From contig OY769902.1 of assembly GCA_963669175.1 (NCBI GenBank), positions 3,360,001 through 3,424,000 on the forward strand: a stretch of DNA of 64,000 nt. Direction: 5' to 3'. The notes under the pieces were generated by a model that saw only the letters and a program-made list of their open reading frames with translations, did not search any database and was not told the origin of the DNA. Positions 29,901 through 39,278 of this stretch are shown in pieces. How positions within the stretch are numbered: the first letter of the stretch is position 1; each line of letters starts with the position of its first letter. The stretch is from a bacterium (lineage in GTDB: Bacteria > Electryoneota > Electryoneia > Electryoneales > Electryoneaceae). Position numbers and translations under genes: made by a program.

Positions 29901-31596
29901 AATCGAGAGAATGAAGCAGATTCTTGTCGGCACAACTTTCCTGAAAGAATCAATCCTGCTGAGCTATGACGAAGAAGAGTTTTCGCTTGATTCGGTCAAG
30001 GAAGGGGGTATCTGGATCGCCCGAATCTCAACACGGCACGACTATAAAAGATTCCGTATGGTGGTTAATACAAAACATGGGCAGCACTATGACCTGCAAC
30101 TCATATTGCGTGATGACCTGGATGAAGCCGAGGTTATCGAATCCATTCTATGGTTGATTGCTACCACCGGGTATCCGATTGGTGCGCCTGCATTGTCGCG
30201 TTTCGGTTGTTGTCGTCCCGAACTGCGCGCCATGTCCCTTGCTTACCGAAATTCACTCAGTGTATGGGATCACATCCGTCAGTATGCGAGCGAACGTGGG
30301 CCCGGTTCTCCCATGCCTGAGCCGGCCGAATGGCGAAAACTGTTTGTGCGTGCCATCTCAACCGCGTTTATCGGGTGGCGCAACAGCGGACGGAGAATTG
30401 TTCCCGGATCAATTACGCCAACGAACATTCTTGTGCCTTCAGTTGATTTTCGTGAAGTGGCTGCTATCGTGACCATATCCGGGTGGGAAAGATACAAGAA
30501 TACGCTTTCCCTGGTCAGGCCCATATTGCGCAACTTTTACCTGAAAACAGCGGCCTATTATCCCTGGAGTGATCACCTGTTACAGTACAAATGGATCTTT
30601 GAAGCCTGCCATGAAGCTTTAGGACCGGTTGAAGGAAGGCAGTTCCTGCAAACCCTGATAGAGGATCTGGCATTTGAAGCAATCCCGGTGAATGTGGATG
30701 AATTCGTGCATGAACTGGATGCTTACCTTATCCAACAACAACACTACTACCAGGTTCCGCTTGCCTTGCAGAACGCAATCGTTCGCTATCGCGAATGGAT
30801 ACGTGAGAATCCTGACGTTACTGTTGACGCCACTATCGAATCACTACGGCAGTTGTATCGCCTGTACCGGTTGGATCGGTATGCTGAGATCGCAAGGTAT
30901 TACCTGTACCGTCACACATATTTCGTAGATGCTGACCAGCCTGTATTAAAGAAGTTTGATGGTCTCTTGCATACCATGTTTCTGCGTTCAGATACGCCGG
31001 CCATGCGCCTGGTAGAACTTTCCGAACTGCAAGCGGAAATACAAAACCAGGACGACAGGGATGTTTTCAGCGCACTGGTATTCCCACGCTCACACCGTCA
31101 ATACATGATGGAAGTAACAGCGCTTGACGCCCAGGAACAGAAGCAGGTCATTGTCAGAACCACGATCACAGATCGCTACGAGGAGTTCTACACAATCCGT
31201 GAACCACTTTCTGCAGAGGAAGTTGGACGTTTGTACCGTCATTTCTTCAAGCAACATTTCCCGAAGACGGTGTCGGAGATGGATGGTCATATTGTGATCA
31301 CAGACTCGCTTGACCGTATTATCGGCGGGATCTGCTACAAGAAGATCGATGACGATGTGGTTCATCTGGATGGGCTGGTAGTGGCGCCGCATTTGAAAAG
31401 GCGGGGGATAGGCGGCGCACTTCTGGAAGATTTCTGTATCCGGCTTGGGAGCCAGGGGGTGAAAGTGATCAAAACACATTTCTTCATGAGGAAATTCTGC
31501 GCCAAGCATGGGTTCCAGGTAGATCGCAGGTGGGGAGGACTGGTTCGATTCCTGGATGTTCGGTCGGACCTTGACGTATCCGTTCTTGATACGTGA
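26920..31596 (+). CDS. Long-chain acyl-CoA synthetase-like AMP-binding protein fused to a large central region and a C-terminal GNAT domain
   Basis: FTSGSTGLPKG, YLPLFH, GFGMTE, KTGD, DRIKD; C-terminal LVVAPHLKRRGIGGALL acetyl-CoA motif. Confidence 0.85.
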   Translation: MASRATRFRHAIQKLNDSMKKGKISASLAGEILDEAEAAVKTSQAKNIARKHWLSFLNQTGQSVFLKALPDADERLRWADTVNAAVEIADYQLIDMLEERSNRIPNQPYFQTFEGDTPVHWTYATIHQRVQDIAGILFSLADEKDTQPRVAVFSANSLNSACADLACLCHGIFTTPLSTNMEKEVISYVIKRLHINIIAVDTVDRVRELDSIKRREKLEFSILLLQDEVSSDVEAVSLEQRMAHLTSRESKTLVSNRPRFGIHDTCTVMFTSGSTGLPKGVAFSQFNLVTKRFCRAAALPTVGKNEKLLCYLPLFHTFGRFLEMLGMLYWSGTYVFVGNTSADTYLKRLTEVKPTGLIGIPLRWTQIRDKCMELAGETAAPEDVGKAFRTLVGPNLRWGLSAAGYLSPKVFHFFQQNGVELCSGFGMTEATGGITMTLPGEYVNNSVGVPLPGINARLSDKGELQLSGSYIARYLPEEDKDQKGTLPVIDPDDGFWLKTGDLFKRWENGHYEIVDRIKDIYKNNRGQTVSPQKVEKKFKGVPGIKRTYLVGDGKAYNVLLIVPEVPDPSEVDELPSGEAANDYYRQIIATANKTLPPYERVINFSVLERDFEEEKGELTPKGTYRRKKIVENFNSIIKELYRKNYIELEVGRLTLRIPRWFYRDLGLLETDIVATDEGLKDVSRNIALNMHAIPEDKRVRIGDMEYWIDVETTPFIDLGSLSLQPRCWVGNVQMIAFCPCKEGWDAKICASSDQLFMDRDYPERLPMPIVEQPGDLTDQRLYQVNRLVIHALFGGTDTAMAAVERLGTLLTRTDDRLAQVIRRRLEALARHPNEEVRCLAYRVLLLDDPMPDYGSSMPTFLFSGLTFLNTNSIQAIAQTNLKQRRLGALRQRLEHYRVSLEWPADTAIRVQFERLFDLLAEFVRFHPEYYSPVRAELVSWILHDKDPELSRSARKRFVETAQWYEEWLAADKENLNPSLWRGKITFDEGITDSEIERMKQILVGTTFLKESILLSYDEEEFSLDSVKEGGIWIARISTRHDYKRFRMVVNTKHGQHYDLQLILRDDLDEAEVIESILWLIATTGYPIGAPALSRFGCCRPELRAMSLAYRNSLSVWDHIRQYASERGPGSPMPEPAEWRKLFVRAISTAFIGWRNSGRRIVPGSITPTNILVPSVDFREVAAIVTISGWERYKNTLSLVRPILRNFYLKTAAYYPWSDHLLQYKWIFEACHEALGPVEGRQFLQTLIEDLAFEAIPVNVDEFVHELDAYLIQQQHYYQVPLALQNAIVRYREWIRENPDVTVDATIESLRQLYRLYRLDRYAEIARYYLYRHTYFVDADQPVLKKFDGLLHTMFLRSDTPAMRLVELSELQAEIQNQDDRDVFSALVFPRSHRQYMMEVTALDAQEQKQVIVRTTITDRYEEFYTIREPLSAEEVGRLYRHFFKQHFPKTVSEMDGHIVITDSLDRIIGGICYKKIDDDVVHLDGLVVAPHLKRRGIGGALLEDFCIRLGSQGVKVIKTHFFMRKFCAKHGFQVDRRWGGLVRFLDVRSDLDVSVLDT

Positions 31597-31601
31597 ATCG
31601 G

Positions 31602-32540
31602 CTAATCCTGGATTGTTTCCTCTGGTTCAGGTGAGTTCTGGTTTTGTTGTCCGGATGGAGAAATCCTGGGTGTAAAGATACTGCTGGTGTTCGCCCGTGC
31701 TTTTTGCACATCAATCGGAACACCACTCTCCTTATCTATCTCAACCTGTATAAAATCACGTGTCAGTGAAGCGCCGCATTTCAGGCAGAACCGGGCGTCC
31801 TCATCGTTAAATGTGTCGCATTCCGGACATTTTCCTTTTTCGAGAAATGGACTCTGACTGACCAGGTATTTCAACTGTCTTTTCGACCATGCCATAATCC
31901 CTATGGTGAATATAATCGCGAAACCAAGGGTCGGTGTCACTGACAAATCCATAAAATGAATAAAGTCAAACAGGCCATGAAGAAACGCAGAAACGAGGTA
32001 GAAGGGAAGCAGTGTCTTTATCAGGCTCTTTGATGAATTGTACCGGAATGTGGCTATACCGAGTCCCCAGACTGCGGCGCATCCCATATGTACAGGCATG
32101 GAAATCATGCTGCGTACAAACAGGATTCCAAAACCATTACTCATGGCATATATAACATTTTCTATTGCTGCGAATCCCATCCCGATAGTCATGCTGTAAA
32201 TGATTGCATCGACGGGCTCGTTGAATTGTTTCAAGGTCATCACCAGCAGCAATGCCGCGCCCATTTTCATAAATTCTTCATACAGGCCTACATGCATACC
32301 ATCAAAGGCGCAAAAGAACCAGCTCGCATGATCATTGACTATTTCGGCAAAAGGAAAGACTGTATAAAAGATGGCCCCATAAATGAAGACACCGCCTACG
32401 CTCAGAATGGCCCCGGTAAAACCAATCCCCACCACAGTGTCGATGGGCTCACGTTCTACCTTGTCATATTTCAGCAGGAAGTACAGCCAGTATACTGTAC
32501 TGAGAATGACAGCAATTGAGATGTAGACAAGATTCATCAC
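31602..32540 (-). CDS. PrsW-family intramembrane glutamic protease with C-terminal zinc ribbon
   Basis: EEFMK, GFAAIEN, H...LHGLFD motifs; CPEC...FCLKCG. Confidence 0.88.
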   Translation of the reverse strand: MMNLVYISIAVILSTVYWLYFLLKYDKVEREPIDTVVGIGFTGAILSVGGVFIYGAIFYTVFPFAEIVNDHASWFFCAFDGMHVGLYEEFMKMGAALLLVMTLKQFNEPVDAIIYSMTIGMGFAAIENVIYAMSNGFGILFVRSMISMPVHMGCAAVWGLGIATFRYNSSKSLIKTLLPFYLVSAFLHGLFDFIHFMDLSVTPTLGFAIIFTIGIMAWSKRQLKYLVSQSPFLEKGKCPECDTFNDEDARFCLKCGASLTRDFIQVEIDKESGVPIDVQKARANTSSIFTPRISPSGQQNQNSPEPEETIQD

Positions 32541-32705
32541 TTGTCCCTATGCCGGTTGTTTCAGTATTTGAATGCGAAAGGTAGGAAAGAGAACAGCATG
32601 ATACAATCGTTACTGCTATGCTAAAAAATATCATAATGAATACAGATGTGCTGTACTGTTTCTGTAGAATCATGCTGGAAAACCGCATCTTTCCAGTCCT
32701 GGAGA

Positions 32706-33485
32706 CTATTCGAGTGGTTGATCCTTGTAGACGAAAATGTACAGTTCTTCTTCGCTGTCTGAGACGACATAAAGCGTGTCGCCATTCTTCGCAATTCCTT
32801 CAGCCTTTTTAATCTCAGTCGCCCATTCGTCGATAAACTCACCATCAAGCGTAGAGTTGATAACTGTTTCGTCTTCATCGCTCAGCAAGAGTAGTTCGCC
32901 ACGTTCTTTATCAAGAGTAATATCTGAGATGTCGTGGGCGTAGTCTATGGCAATGCGGTTCAGGACGGCGCCAGTTTCACTAAGGACTACCAGGGCGACG
33001 GGATCTTTTTCATGCACCAGATAAAATCTTGCTCTGCCGGGATGGTAAATCAAACCTTCGAATCCCTGGTTGCCTTCAGATTCAAAGTTGGCGATGTGGA
33101 TACGATTCAGCTCGTTGCCTTCAAGATCAATCTGTACAAGATCAGCGTTCAATTCTTCGATGATAAAGAGTGAATTGCCATCCGGTCCCAGGCAGATACC
33201 TTCCGGATCTTCACAGATATAGGGAAGTTCATGGATGACATCGCCTTCAAACGATGTCTTATAAACAAGCCCTGTATTGTCACTGACAATCCAAAGGCAT
33301 TGTCGCGAACTGTCAAAAGCCACGCCGGAAGGTTCAGGTATGTTGACAGCCCTTCGTGATGTCAGTTGCCATGATTTCACAACTGGCATAACAACCGACG
33401 GCGAATCATCTCCATTGCATCCACACAGCAGCAACAGGGAGCTTACAAACAACAGAACTACAGTTTTTGTCCGTTCGATTATCAT
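32706..33485 (-). CDS. SdiA-regulated-domain (beta-propeller) lipoprotein
   Basis: Lipobox LCGC; EPSG, DPEGI, NQGFEG, AEGI...LYVVSD motifs. Confidence 0.8.
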   Translation of the reverse strand: MIIERTKTVVLLFVSSLLLLCGCNGDDSPSVVMPVVKSWQLTSRRAVNIPEPSGVAFDSSRQCLWIVSDNTGLVYKTSFEGDVIHELPYICEDPEGICLGPDGNSLFIIEELNADLVQIDLEGNELNRIHIANFESEGNQGFEGLIYHPGRARFYLVHEKDPVALVVLSETGAVLNRIAIDYAHDISDITLDKERGELLLLSDEDETVINSTLDGEFIDEWATEIKKAEGIAKNGDTLYVVSDSEEELYIFVYKDQPLE

Positions 33486-34822
33486 CTATTGGAGCTCATC
33501 GGAGTAGGCGTCTGGAATGTGCGCCATTCCGAGCTGCCATCAGAATTTCTACCAAAAGAGACATCAACAGTTTGTTCACCGAAATTGATCGCGTCAACAA
33601 GACTGCCACCTTCATCTTCAGGCAGGTAAAGTCCAACAGATTCACCATCTGCACTTAGCTTGAAGTTGATATGGAGCGGCCCCTGATCCAGATCCTTATC
33701 TGCCCACAAAAGCAGGTATCCACCTGGAGCAATCGTTGTCGCTGCTGCATGCCCCATGGGAATCTGGTAAAACTGGGGAGTTGACAAATCGTCCGTGATA
33801 TACATACCACCAATATCTACCGCTTCTGTACCAGCATTGTAGATCTCAATCCAGTCATCGGCTTCCCCGTATTCATCCACATTAGTAGTTTCGTTTGAAG
33901 CAAGTATCTCGTTGATAAACAGTGTGCTTCCACCTGGAATCTCGATTACCGTATAGCTGTAGCAACTTGAAGGGGCAAATGTCGGATCGGTACTGGTTTC
34001 ACCATCAGTATCTTCGGCGCTGATATAAAAAGAAACTGTCGATGATACTGCTTGTCCAGGTATAACCGCTTCATACTCAGCGGTTGAGACATAGTTCATT
34101 ACAACTGACTCAAAATCAATAGCGTTAAGGCTGTAGTATAAAGTCACTTCGGATACGCCGAACTCATCCGTTACTGATGCGGTAACCGTGACCGATTCAT
34201 TGGCCAGTGGCATAACAGGCGAATGTTCGACATCTGAAATGGACGGTGCATGATTGTAGGCTTCCGTGGTGTTTGTAGCGCCCGGAGTCGGCGGATCCAG
34301 GAAGACTTTCATTGTACTTCCATCAGGAAGGCAGCCAAAGGAGATATCTGCTATCTGCGGGCCGAAATACACAATATCCACAGCTTCACCATCAGCGCTA
34401 TACAGACATACATTTTCACCCTGATCATCAAGCTTGAAATCAAGATGCAACGGCCCTTGTTCGGGATCACCATCAAACCAGATTATAAGGTATCCTTTAG
34501 CAGGGATTGTTGTCATTTCAGGAACGGCTGTCGAGAATACCCATTTCTGCGGTTCTTCAACATCATCAGAGATGCTGAATCCGCCTATATCAACTGAGTT
34601 GTCGGATGGGTTGTAAAGTTCAATCCAGTCATCAAATTCGCCGGAACTGTCGGCAAAAGCGGACTCGTTTTTTGCCATGATTTCGTTGATAAGTATCGTT
34701 CCACTTTCTGTAATTGGCGAAGTTGGTTCATCATCTTCATCGCACCCGGTAAAAGCGAAGAAGAGGGTGAGCAACGCAATGGGAAGAAAAGCGATAAAAG
34801 CCTTGCGATTGCGCGAAATCAT
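33482..34822 (-). CDS. Lipoprotein with two lamin-tail domains
   Basis: Lipobox FTGC; two INEI.A.N...DDWIE.YN...FKL...PTP repeats. Confidence 0.85.
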   Translation of the reverse strand: MISRNRKAFIAFLPIALLTLFFAFTGCDEDDEPTSPITESGTILINEIMAKNESAFADSSGEFDDWIELYNPSDNSVDIGGFSISDDVEEPQKWVFSTAVPEMTTIPAKGYLIIWFDGDPEQGPLHLDFKLDDQGENVCLYSADGEAVDIVYFGPQIADISFGCLPDGSTMKVFLDPPTPGATNTTEAYNHAPSISDVEHSPVMPLANESVTVTASVTDEFGVSEVTLYYSLNAIDFESVVMNYVSTAEYEAVIPGQAVSSTVSFYISAEDTDGETSTDPTFAPSSCYSYTVIEIPGGSTLFINEILASNETTNVDEYGEADDWIEIYNAGTEAVDIGGMYITDDLSTPQFYQIPMGHAAATTIAPGGYLLLWADKDLDQGPLHINFKLSADGESVGLYLPEDEGGSLVDAINFGEQTVDVSFGRNSDGSSEWRTFQTPTPMSSNR

Positions 34823-34983
34823 GGTATGCCGCTCCTTGTGATGTTGGAATTACGTTAGTAATATACAATAATCACTGCTTGCCGTCAGCCTCTTTCCGGG
34901 AGCATGGTTTAGTCTGGAACTCGCTGTCATGTTCTACCGTTCCAGTTTCAAAGTAAGACGTCACAAAGAAGGACAGGTTTAGT

Positions 34984-36579
34984 ATGGATGCTTCAATCAC
35001 ACGGGGCAGTTGGAAGAGCCTGGTTCTATTCCTATTAATCGCGGGTATGTTATGTCTGATGCTGAACTCCATCTCTTGTGTAAAATCCCCGACTGGCGAT
35101 GATCCAGCCGATTCAACAGATACTACTGACACTACAGATACAAGCCAGGTAATTCCTGTCGAACTGATTGCCCCCTATTGGTTTCCTGCGCAAAAACCTG
35201 TCCCGGTCGCAGTGCAACTGTACGGCATAAACAAAAGAAGCTTTGGGTGGAAAGACGCTACTATTTCTTTCGAAGATGGTAATTATTTTCGTGACATCAA
35301 TATTAAAAGAGGCGGGGCGTCCCTTCAGGTACTTCCAAGCAGGCTAGACGAGCAGACTGTTTTCCTGGATGGTAATACTGCACTGTCATCAGCTTCGCGA
35401 AGGATTACTTTTACTGATGAGACCAACATAATGGAACTTGAGGGGCAACTTGCAGATTCAGCCCTGCATTGGGAAGCCAACAGTCTGATCCATGTGGTTG
35501 GCGACATAACCATACCCGGAGGCGTGATTCTACAGGTCGACAGCGGGGTTGTCTGCCTGCTGGATAACTATGTTTCCATCCATGTACAGGGCGAGATGCA
35601 TGTGCAGGGCAGTAATACCTCGCCGGTAACATTTACGTCTTACCAGAATGACGCTCCCTGGGGTGAAATCTATTTCGATTGGAGCCTGGGACAGTTTGAA
35701 TATGTGTTCTTCACCAATGGCGGGGGGGACTCGGATAAACCCTTCGGCCATTCAAACAGTCAACCCGTCATTCACAGTCAGTACGCCAGCATTGCATTCA
35801 ACCGCTGTTACTTTCTTGATAATCCCGGGAAGGCACTGGGAACCTTTCATTCCATCGTTCAGATCGATTCCTCAATTATCAGCAGGTGTGATACGGGCGG
35901 CGAACATCAGTACGGTAAGGTTACAGTTCGGGATAGCTGGTTGCTTGATATGCCGGACAATACCAGTGAAGAAATAGATGATGACAACGATTGCATCTAT
36001 CTGAATAACCCGTACAACGATGATACTGAGGGCAGCCTGCTTCAACGGTGTGTTTTTGCGACGGGTAAGGATGATGGCATTGATCACAATGGCGCTATTC
36101 TCCGTATCGAGTCCTGTATAATCGAGGATTTCGACAACGAAGGGGTTGCCACATCAAACCAGAACAGGGTAGACATTTACAATACACTGGTAATGAATTG
36201 CGAGCAGGGGATCGAGGCGGGTTATGGCGCTCCGGAAGTGCATGTTGATCACTGCGTCATGCTGAACAATGAGACCGGTCTTCGATTTGGGGATTGGTAT
36301 ACATGGGGTGATCCATCAGGCTCAATCGAAATGACCAACAGCATTTCCGTAAACAACACATCGCATAATGTCTGGAACTGGATTGTCACAACAGAGCAAC
36401 CGAAACCCGGAGCTATTTCCATTTCCTATTCCATTGTCAATGACAGCAGTTTTAATTATGAAAATGGAAACCTTTTCGGTGAAGTGCAGTTCAATAATGA
36501 GTATACACTGGCGCCCGGGTCATTAGGTGCAGGCGCTGCTAATGATAACAATGACATGGGGTTATTGCCAGCAGAATAA
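34984..36579 (+). CDS. Right-handed parallel beta-helix lipoprotein
   Basis: Lipobox SISC; TDT linker; DDNDCI, DDGID, small-residue beta-helix rungs. Confidence 0.7.
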   Translation: MDASITRGSWKSLVLFLLIAGMLCLMLNSISCVKSPTGDDPADSTDTTDTTDTSQVIPVELIAPYWFPAQKPVPVAVQLYGINKRSFGWKDATISFEDGNYFRDINIKRGGASLQVLPSRLDEQTVFLDGNTALSSASRRITFTDETNIMELEGQLADSALHWEANSLIHVVGDITIPGGVILQVDSGVVCLLDNYVSIHVQGEMHVQGSNTSPVTFTSYQNDAPWGEIYFDWSLGQFEYVFFTNGGGDSDKPFGHSNSQPVIHSQYASIAFNRCYFLDNPGKALGTFHSIVQIDSSIISRCDTGGEHQYGKVTVRDSWLLDMPDNTSEEIDDDNDCIYLNNPYNDDTEGSLLQRCVFATGKDDGIDHNGAILRIESCIIEDFDNEGVATSNQNRVDIYNTLVMNCEQGIEAGYGAPEVHVDHCVMLNNETGLRFGDWYTWGDPSGSIEMTNSISVNNTSHNVWNWIVTTEQPKPGAISISYSIVNDSSFNYENGNLFGEVQFNNEYTLAPGSLGAGAANDNNDMGLLPAE

Positions 36580-36741
36580 GATGTCTTCTCTGTACATCCT
36601 GCTGATTTCTTCTCCCGGGGGAAAGGCATACAGGCCTTCTTGTCACGCCTCTGAATTCACTAGATAATCTAACATTTATATAATAGTTTAAACTTGGGGA
36701 TCGTTTGATCGTCAATTAACCGAAACCCAGTAACGCTAACA

Positions 36742-37821
36742 TTGACTACAGGAAACAGAGTGACAGCCGAGTTACGTCGACGATTGATTGTTACCGGAAT
36801 AGCAGTAGTATTTATCGCATTCGGTCTTTGGGCGCCTTTTGAGCAATCAATCAATGGGCATGCGATTATTGAGCCGGCTCATTCCTGGGCTTTTCGTCAT
36901 TTTGGCTCCGGCCTGATTGCAACTGAGTGGGACCGCAATGCTACCGGGCGCAATACTGAAAACCAGTATTTTCAGCTTGAACAACCTGATATCACTGAAG
37001 TCAGAATCTTCGAAAACATCTTCGACGGCGCAGTAGTCGATATTGGTGATACGATTGCGTCCCTTTTCTCGCTGGAAGGGGAAAGGCGGCTGGCAGAGCA
37101 GAAAGCTGTACTTGAGCGTGAAAAGAAGCACTGGAATGTACTGACAGCCGGTGCAAGGCCGGAAGATCTTGAAGTTGAAAAACGGAAGTTGAATGAGTCC
37201 AAGGTCCGTTACGAGACGTACAAGGCTGAATATGAACGCGTGAAGGACATGTATGAACAAAACCTGTCGTCCTTGGCAGAATACCAGGAAATTGAACGAC
37301 AGTATTTGACCCTGGAAGCGGAATATTACCTGGCTCAGGCGAAGGTGGCGGCGGCAGAAGCCGGCGCACACCCGGCCGAACTTGTTTACCAGGAAGCTGA
37401 AATATCACGTTTGAACGATCAAGTCAGATATTACCAGTCAATGCTTGGCGAAACTGAATACATCGTTTCTCCGATGCATGGCATTGTTCGTGACAAGGGC
37501 GATATTCGTGCCATCTTTCGTGTCGAAAGCACGGATACAGTCGTAGTGAAAGTCATTATCCCTGAGGCGTTCGCCAGCTCAATTGCGCAGGGAATCCCCA
37601 TTGATGTTCATTTTGTGGGAATGAGTGATACAACAATTCAGGTTGCATTTGAACAGTTTGAATTCTTTGGTGGCGATACGACTGCGGCATACGGGCTGGC
37701 AACTATTCCCAATCGGGATGAATTGCTGAAGCCGGGAATGCACGGTATCGCGAGTATTCCGGTTGGCACGATGACACTGTTTGAACGTGTCCGTAGCACA
37801 TTATTGGCGAATCGTTGGTGA
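36742..37821 (+). CDS. HlyD-family membrane fusion/adaptor-like protein
   Basis: N-terminal TM, VDIGDTIA lipoyl half, coiled coil (GARPEDL), IVSPMHG, LKPGM. Confidence 0.7.
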   Translation: MTTGNRVTAELRRRLIVTGIAVVFIAFGLWAPFEQSINGHAIIEPAHSWAFRHFGSGLIATEWDRNATGRNTENQYFQLEQPDITEVRIFENIFDGAVVDIGDTIASLFSLEGERRLAEQKAVLEREKKHWNVLTAGARPEDLEVEKRKLNESKVRYETYKAEYERVKDMYEQNLSSLAEYQEIERQYLTLEAEYYLAQAKVAAAEAGAHPAELVYQEAEISRLNDQVRYYQSMLGETEYIVSPMHGIVRDKGDIRAIFRVESTDTVVVKVIIPEAFASSIAQGIPIDVHFVGMSDTTIQVAFEQFEFFGGDTTAAYGLATIPNRDELLKPGMHGIASIPVGTMTLFERVRSTLLANRW

Positions 37822-37827
37822 GTTAAC

Positions 37828-38574
37828 ATGCAACAGTTCATACGAAAAGAGTTTAAATACTACGTTCGTATGCGGGATTGGCAAGCGCTGCATGATCGTG
37901 TCGTGGCCCATATGGAGCACGACCCCTATTGCGCAAACCTTGAGCAGAATCGCTATGCTGTGCGCAGTATCTATTATGATACCCCGCATTTGCTGTTCTA
38001 TTATGAGAAAATTGACGGCGCCAAGTACAGAAAGAAATTGCGTGTCCGTGTTTATAATCAATTCCAGGAAGGTGATCCCGCGTTTCTGGAGATCAAGCGT
38101 AAACTGGATGATACAATTCACAAAGACCGTGCGATCATCCCATTCGGTGAAGTACATAAACTGACAAACGGCGCACAAATTCAACTTTTCGATAACGGAA
38201 AGTCTACTATTGCGGATTCAGTAGTGCGCGATAAGTTCATTTATCTGGTCAAGCGGCTGCAGCTTTCGCCCAAGGCATTGATCACGTATGAACGTGAAGC
38301 CTTCCGTGATCCGGAAAATGAAGACTTGCGTGTTACTTTCGATTACAATGTGCGTAGTTACTTTGAGCCGGATGTCATTGATTTTTATCGTGAAGGTGAT
38401 CTGCGAACGATTGCTGACACCCAGTTCATTCTTGAAGTAAAGTTTTCGCGTTCGATTCCCCTTTGGTTACGACAGACCTTGCGTGATCTTGGTCTGCGAC
38501 TTCAGGCCATTTCGAAATACTGTAACGGATTGGATCGTTGGGACGATCTTGAACCACGTTTGGAAACAGCATGA
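37828..38574 (+). CDS. VTC-domain polyphosphate polymerase-like protein
   Basis: RKEFKY, VRSIYYDT, RKKLRVRVY, FLEIKRK, RVTFD, ILEVKF, ISKYC. Confidence 0.9.
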   Translation: MQQFIRKEFKYYVRMRDWQALHDRVVAHMEHDPYCANLEQNRYAVRSIYYDTPHLLFYYEKIDGAKYRKKLRVRVYNQFQEGDPAFLEIKRKLDDTIHKDRAIIPFGEVHKLTNGAQIQLFDNGKSTIADSVVRDKFIYLVKRLQLSPKALITYEREAFRDPENEDLRVTFDYNVRSYFEPDVIDFYREGDLRTIADTQFILEVKFSRSIPLWLRQTLRDLGLRLQAISKYCNGLDRWDDLEPRLETA

Positions 38575-39257
38575 AAGAACTGCTTACCTCGTTTCAAACC
38601 CTTGGACGACCGATTACCATTGAAGAAGTAGTCCTGAACATCCTTCTGGCTTGTGGTCTTGGCATAGCTGTTGTCGCCGTTTACAGGGTTACAAACAGGC
38701 ATCGCCCATCCAATCTGTCTTTCCTGCTGACCATGATTATCCTGTCTATGGTGGTTGCCCTGGTGATGATGGTTATTGGGAACAGTATCGCGCGCGCATT
38801 CAGCCTGGTTGGCGCTTTGTCCATTATCCGGTTCAGGACAGTTGTGAAAGACAACCGTGATATCGCCTATGTGTTCTTCGCTCTGGCGGCTGGTATGTCC
38901 GCAGGTGTTGGCGCGTATGTCCTGGGGGTTTTTGGGGTTGGTACGATTCTGCTGATGTTGCTGGTGCTTGATTTTGTGCGCTTTGGGCAAAGTCCTGCGG
39001 GACTGTATTTGCTTCGTTTCCAGTATTTTACATCGGATACGGACGAGCAGACCTATTTGCCTGTCCTGGATGAACTGCTGAAAGAGAAAAGGCGAATAAC
39101 CATCAAGACGGTTCGAATGGGGCAATTCATCGAGCATACTTACCTTGTCAGGCTAAAGAAAGATGTACAGGAAGAAGCTGTGTTAAGCAAATTGAGTGCG
39201 ATTGAGGGGATGGAAAGAGTTACCCTGCTTCGTGAGGATGAAGAAGTGGAAGCGTAA
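38571..39257 (+). CDS. DUF4956-domain membrane protein
   Basis: IGNSIARAFSLVGALSIIRFRTVVKD..DIAYVF; coupled to the VTC gene by ATGA. Confidence 0.9.
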   Translation: MKELLTSFQTLGRPITIEEVVLNILLACGLGIAVVAVYRVTNRHRPSNLSFLLTMIILSMVVALVMMVIGNSIARAFSLVGALSIIRFRTVVKDNRDIAYVFFALAAGMSAGVGAYVLGVFGVGTILLMLLVLDFVRFGQSPAGLYLLRFQYFTSDTDEQTYLPVLDELLKEKRRITIKTVRMGQFIEHTYLVRLKKDVQEEAVLSKLSAIEGMERVTLLREDEEVEA

Positions 39258-39278
39258 TTTCGCTCTTCAAATCAATCG

